DNA of 63,918 nucleotides, counting the filler, from Octopus bimaculoides (taxonomy: Eukaryota): NCBI RefSeq assembly GCF_001194135.2. It is 7 parts of 7 records of this genome, joined end to end, with 100 filler letters (N's around TTAATTAATTAA, not from the genome) between each part and the next. Parts side by side here need not be neighbours in the genome. Positions count along the whole stretch, not along the records: positions 59,634 to 63,918 come from NC_069007.1; 6 more parts are not named here. One strand, 5' to 3'. This document shows, piece after piece, positions 62,238 to 63,918 of this stretch. How positions within the stretch are numbered: position 1 is the stretch's first letter; each line of letters begins with the position of its first letter. The translations under genes and the position numbers were made by a program. Under the pieces are notes generated by a model that saw only the letters and a list, made by a program, of their open reading frames with translations, ran no database searches and was not told the DNA's origin.

Positions 62238-62279
62238 AATTTGTGACGTTTCGGAGAGAAATACTTCATCAGAGATATT
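62238..62279 (-). ncRNA. Decayed minimal hammerhead (ACGU stem III)
   Basis: rc AATATCT CTGATGA AGTATTTCTCTCC GAAA C GTC ACAAATT; core and GUC perfect, stem I 5/7, stem II nearly lost. Confidence 0.55.
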
Positions 62280-62515
62280 TATTTATTCATTTTTTTTTTG
62301 TTCACATAATAAATTGCAAAATGTATCTATCTTTCTGCTCCATAAAAGACTTTAACTGACAATCTCTGCACTGTTAGTTCATCTCCAGCAACCTTACAGT
62401 GGCGGTGGGAAGGGATGTTCCCAAGTTTTATTGATGGTCGCAGGAAAAGAAACTGGGGGAAAGGGCTCCAAATTGAAATGGTATATCTGGAAGGATGGGC
62501 GAATATCATAATCAC

Positions 62516-62556
<41 letters not shown>

Positions 62557-62603
62557 CCATCTCCCTTCATCTCCTCCTCCTCCTCCTGACCGTGTGTGTG
62601 TAT

Positions 62604-62720
<117 letters not shown>

Positions 62721-62823
62721 AGTTCAGAAAAAGGAAAAAAACAAAACACAACAACAAAAAAACAACAACGTGAGGACGTGATACAGATTGTGTTACAAGA
62801 CGCTCGGGAAAGGAAAGAGAGAT

Positions 62824-62984
62824 ATACGACGGGCTTCTTTCAGCTACCGTTGACCAAATCCCCCGAGAAGGCTTTGAACGGCGCGAGGCTTTAGTAAAAC
62901 ACACTTGTCCAATGTGTCACGCAGCGGCACTGAACCCGCAACCATGTGATTGTTTAGGAAACCTTACCACGCAGTTACACACGC
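62824..62984 (-). mobile_element. SINE-A 5' half, decayed
   Basis: GACGGGCTTCTTTCAG..CACTGAACCCGCAACCATGTG..CTTACCACGCAG. Confidence 0.75.
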
Positions 62985-63834
62985 TTATGAAGAAGAATTA
63001 TTCGTCGTTTGGTTCACTGGTGGAAACTCTAACGGTTTCTAGCCGATATTGCGTTGTATGTACGGGTTTTGGGGGTATAGGCTCTTGAAGTCCTGATTGG
63101 TTATTAACTCAATGACGTCACTTCTTTTAGTCCACCACAGACCAAGCGTTCTGGTTGGCTGAGTGCCTGTGTACGCCATTTCTTTATCGAATGGTCTAGT
63201 CACTTATTTTGGTTCAGTAGTAATCCAGCGTTCTGGTTGGTTGACTGCGTTGTGACGCTATTTGTGTATCAACTGTTTTGATCACGTGTTTTTTGTCCAG
63301 TTTTAGTCCAATGCTCTGCTTGATTGATTTTTTTCTCATTTTTTCTTTTTTTCCTTTTTTTTTTAACATATATCATTTGTTTATCAAATGTCTTGGTCAC
63401 TTGTTTTTGTCAGATAATCGTCCTGTTCCGCTCGGTTGATTCCCTTGAGACATCATTTGTTTTTCTGATGCTACGGTTGGCTGAATGCTTAAAAGCATCA
63501 TTGGTCTTTTCTTGCGAGTTCAGAAATAACATCCAATTGGTCAGTCATAGTATGGCCTCAACAAAAAGTGTCGGAAGGGTGTAATGCGTAACAGTGGTTT
63601 GTAGTTAGAGTTTCGAATCTCGGAAGAAGCCCGAATTGATATATATCTACCAATATAACTATAATTATCACTGGAAAATACCCACACGGATTCTATACAT
63701 GGATATTTACTTTTGGAATGGAACTATAATCCAAGTACTTTTTCTTCTTTGTTTTTTTCTTCTCTGCATCGCTCCCATTTCTTACTGCAAATCTCCTCAT
63801 ACAGATGTAATAATCCTTATCTTCTACTATTACC

Positions 63835-63883
63835 GTCTCCGATGAAGAGATACATTGAATTTTCCCTGAAACAGCTGTAAGAC
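63835..63883 (+). ncRNA. Minimal type-I hammerhead with U4C
   Basis: GTCT CCGATGA AGAGA..TCCCT GAAA CAGCTG TA AGAC: stem I GTCT/AGAC, stem II 4/5, palindromic ACAGCTGT stem III, GUA site. Confidence 0.75.
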
Positions 63884-63918
63884 ATTCTACATAAAATAAA
63901 AATTTACTTATGCCATTG

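Overview
Repeat-saturated, AT-rich animal genomic DNA with no recognisable host protein-coding gene. The repeat families, (TA/CA/GATA/AAT)n density and SINE heads suggest an octopus or other coleoid cephalopod (inference from memory, not a database hit). Six identical 100-bp spacers (44 N + TTAATTAATTAA + 44 N) cut the window into seven segments whose adjacency is not established. Content: four tRNA-headed SINE families (my labels A, B, C, E); decayed LINE pieces (RTE, R4/Dong-like RLE, CR1/L2-like, probably Tx1-like); a Penelope-like RT fragment; pogo- and Tigger-type transposase relics; several MITEs; mini- and microsatellites. Nearly all ORFs in the supplied track are microsatellite or N-run artefacts. 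Best lead: a set of minimal type-I hammerhead ribozymes with self-complementary stem III. One family is fused behind a tRNA-like Pol III head and sits as a head-to-head inverted dimer (6822-7271). A nearly intact hammerhead of another family lies at 45980-46044 (-). Other leads: a LINE 3' stem-loop shared with SINE-A with a compensatory change, a probable Tx1 insertion into a SINE head, and one segment with strong CpG decay.
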